DNA of 64,000 nt from Tubiluchus corallicola (Eukaryota; Animalia; Priapulida): the NCBI GenBank assembly GCA_030141605.1, contig JAQGDQ010000230.1, positions 248,001 through 312,000 of the forward strand, read 5' to 3'. Position numbers and translations under genes: made by a program. This document shows positions 60,951-64,000 of the stretch, piece after piece (within the stretch, counting starts at the first letter, position 1; every line of letters begins with the position of its first letter). The notes beneath the pieces were generated by a model, which did no database searches, was not told the origin of the DNA, and saw nothing but the letters and a program-made list of their open reading frames with translations.

Positions 60951-63854
60951 CCTGTCGCTTCACTGCCACTGATGACGATATCGTTGTGCATTTTCAGCAG
61001 CCCAATGTACCACTCTGTAACGATTATTAATACACCACCTTGTTTAGCAAGTTTAATAGTGTACTTACCTTTAAAACAGTGCTATAGGCCTACTTATAAA
61101 GCTAGCTGTAACGTGTTAAACAGAGTGATTTATAAAAACCATTTTCATACGTGTGTAGGATAACTAAAGCATTATACCTCCTAAGTGGTTGTGCAAACCT
61201 CCTACATCGGTTTATGAGTTACACGACTTGTTAACAAAGTTACCGAAATGTATGAATTCTCACCTTCAGTGTCTTTAATAGCTAAGCTATTACTAAAGTC
61301 AACATAAAATGACGTTGAATTTTGCTAAATTCGTTATAATTATTATCTCAATAGTAGAAAATACGCTTCCCTCCTGCTGTTCTATTGCGCATTTTTATAG
61401 CAACTTCATCGTCATGTCCGGAGAAGCAAAATGCGACAAGAATAGTAGATGGATTAATTGGTATTCTTATGACAAAACCAGCTCTTTGAGTGGTGTTAAA
61501 TTTTACCACCATTTTGTGTGTTTTATTGTTAACGGCCGGAAACTAAAACGATGTAGCTCTCTATACTGCAGCTCAAACACAGGGTTTTACTTTCAAGTTG
61601 CAGTATAGGCTCGGAAATTGAAACTTAAATAAACCTGTCCGGAGAAATTCAAATCAGTTCTTGAACTATCAGTAGTTATTATTATTAATAGTTATGAAAC
61701 ATCGTGATAACATTAACTGAAGATTGTTTGTATCTGTTTTAAAGGTGTGGTGTACAATTATGAAAACTTATCAAGTGAAACTGCATCGGATGTAGATATA
61801 ATATACGATTGCATAACGTACCTGCGTGTGCATGTACGTGCGTGCGTACGTTTGTTTGTGTGGAGCACGAAGGCTTTAGAAAAGCTGATAGTGCATTATT
61901 GCATCATCTTGGCATCACATGTTTTATCCAAAATTGCAGTGATAGCGAATAACTCAAGATTTTTCTCTGCATCCCCAAGAAGACTGTGAGGTGATTTAAG
62001 CGTTTTTAATGTCTTTTTCAAGGCCCGCGTTTCTGTGCTGTCAATCAAATCGTGCTTTTTGGTGGAGCGATACTAGCTGCTATTCTATCAAAAAGAGCTG
62101 CATGCGCTCCAATTCAGCCATACCCGCTATCTTGCCTTAGACGTTTATGGAAATGTTAGAAAAATATACTGTTGACCAAACCGTTCTTACCAAAAATTGT
62201 CGAACTGCAAAAAATTCCATAAAATAAAATATTGAATGCTGTTGCTAATAAATTTATTGTGTTTAACACCTAAACTTCTATTTCATAAAATTTTTAATAG
62301 CAATAAAAACACGTTCCACCATGGCAGGGAGTATTTTCATGCTCCTAAATCTGATTTCTCTGTTTTGGGTTGCATAGGTGCAGTTCACATACTTTTCATA
62401 TCGTATAGCAACCGTTTGCAAAATGCTGGTGGCAGTTATAAAAGTATGCGAACAGTCGAGCAAAAGCTAATTTAGATGCTGAGATCTATTTAATTCATCA
62501 TATCTATCAGGGAATTTAATTTGTTCAAAAAAGCGATAAAGAAGAGCGTTAATTTGTAAAGCCATTGCCTTATTCACAAAACAATTCGCTGATGCAAGAT
62601 TTGAAACATTCGTTTGATTTCTTAAAAGAAAATGAACATACCTTTTGCCTTTTGAATAAATGAGACCTTTTGTACAATATTTACTTAGCTACTTATTTGA
62701 ACGTAAATGTATGATTTGTGCGTATAATACAGTCCTTTTTATGTCTGCCTACTTCAACATAAAACAAATTAGATTTTTTAATGAATGAATAAATATGCAC
62801 ACCGTAAGTTTTCACTAACACCAATTCTAACAATTGCGGATTTGTAACTGCTAGAGAACGTCTGTTCGACTTTCAGTTTGCAAAAGATCAGCAGTTCATC
62901 GCGTTTATTAGCAAATTGCAAAATGTAAATGTATTTTTATGCGGGTGATAATAATAATAATAATAATATCTTTATTCGCACATTAATTTTGCATACAGGA
63001 AATTTAAATTAATTACAGCATCAAATAATTAGGAGCAAGTGTTTTGCAACAAATCAAGGGCTTCATAGAACCGATAGATTCATTTGACTTTTAAGTTTAG
63101 TTGATTATAGGGTGTCTTAAAAGTCACTATAATGTGACTTCTGTTTTCTAATTTCCTTTATCTAATCTCACCAAACTTTTACATACATTAAAAAGGGCCT
63201 TTGGGGATTCTTTCAGTTTATTTTTTGACTGGAACCTTGTTGCTATGGCGACAACAGTAACGTTAGAAATGAGGTGCATTATCAGCCTGGCTGGAGGCCC
63301 TTCGATCTCCAACTGAAATTCAGCGGAAATTCAGACTATCATGTTTGTCACACTGTTTTCTCACTTTAACAATATAGTTTTCAAGAAGGTGCAACCCTTC
63401 CTCACATATCAGACTCTCTCAATGCAAGATACCCGACTTTCCATTGGATTGGTGTCTGAAGCTTTTGAGGTCCCTGAAGGAAGTAGCAAAACATAGCAAA
63501 GCCAGTAGTTAATTTCTAAATTTCGCTGAATTTGACTAAAACAATACTAATGTAGCAATTTTCAATATTTTCCTTTTTTTATCAAAAAACGTCGAAAATG
63601 TAATGTGTATAGTGGCTTATGAAGCACTCTGTATAGCGATTTAAATCAATACCAACTAGCAAATAGTTTTGTTTGATTCTGTTACTTCCACGAAACAATA
63701 ATAAGCAATCAGAGATTATGTCATCTGATGTATTAAAATATTTCATATAATTTGAACTGATGTCGCGTAGCCTACATGCACTTAAAACGCGCTGTTTGAC
63801 ATTTCGTTATGTCTCTGGCCTATTTACGAAGCCAAATTCGTAGTAATAAAATCA

Positions 63855-63910
63855 AAGATGGATTGCGCATGCGTTTTACCTGGCAAACTTCTGATTGGCT
63901 GTGCGGCCTG
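63855..63910. promoter_or_regulatory. Promoter-like motif cluster (NRF1-like + CCAAT box)
   Basis: TGCGCATGCG at 63864-63873 and CTGATTGGCT at 63891-63900 in a CpG-enriched stretch. Confidence 0.35.
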
Positions 63911-64000
63911 TCATTTCGCATTAACCCTCGAAATACCAACTGCTGCTCTCAGATGGTGTAAAAGTTAAATGTTATCTTTGCGCGTTTTGAACTACTGCAG

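Noticed and set aside
60762-61163. 133-aa plus-strand ORF (Cys/Ala-rich)
   Set aside because: Low complexity from CTG tracts and GC-rich composition, with no recognisable domain. Kept only as a non-coding island finding.
63085-63135. Mariner-like end TAGGGTGTCTTAAAAGTCAC with a local 11-bp inverted repeat
   Set aside because: No partner TIR in the window; too short to support.

Overview
AT-rich, intron-rich animal (non-vertebrate-looking) genomic DNA. There are no prokaryotic genes, CRISPR arrays or recognisable rRNA/tRNA genes. Most entries in the ORF track are spurious or are exon pieces. Two spliced genes sit head-to-head. (1) Minus strand: a MIPOL1-like coiled-coil gene, CDS 47784->4506. 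I can place 10 coding exons with consistent phases. One further phase 2->0 exon is required but not firmly placed, and there is a ~23 kb intron (13319-36255). (2) Plus strand: an intact 9-exon acyl-CoA thioesterase / bile acid-CoA:amino acid N-acyltransferase (ACOT/BAAT) family gene, CDS 49056-58532, 417 aa, with a Ser-Asp-His triad. Between the two start codons lies a 944-bp non-autonomous DNA transposon with perfect 38-bp TIRs (TGT...ACA) and a 5-bp TSD. A decayed CR1-like LINE occupies MIPOL1 intron 1. Other content: older LINE fossils, microsatellites, local tandem and templated duplications, and GC-richer non-coding islands that may be enhancers (MIPOL1 is a known bystander neighbour of FoxA in deuterostomes). 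The most notable leads are a Rad50-like CPVC motif in the MIPOL1 coiled coil, the transposon in the shared promoter region, the ACOT gene in the position usually held by SLC25A21, an intronic 59-nt hairpin and a CTCF-like site. Homology statements come from memory of the protein families, not from database searches. I found no clear evidence of a wholly new multi-gene system.
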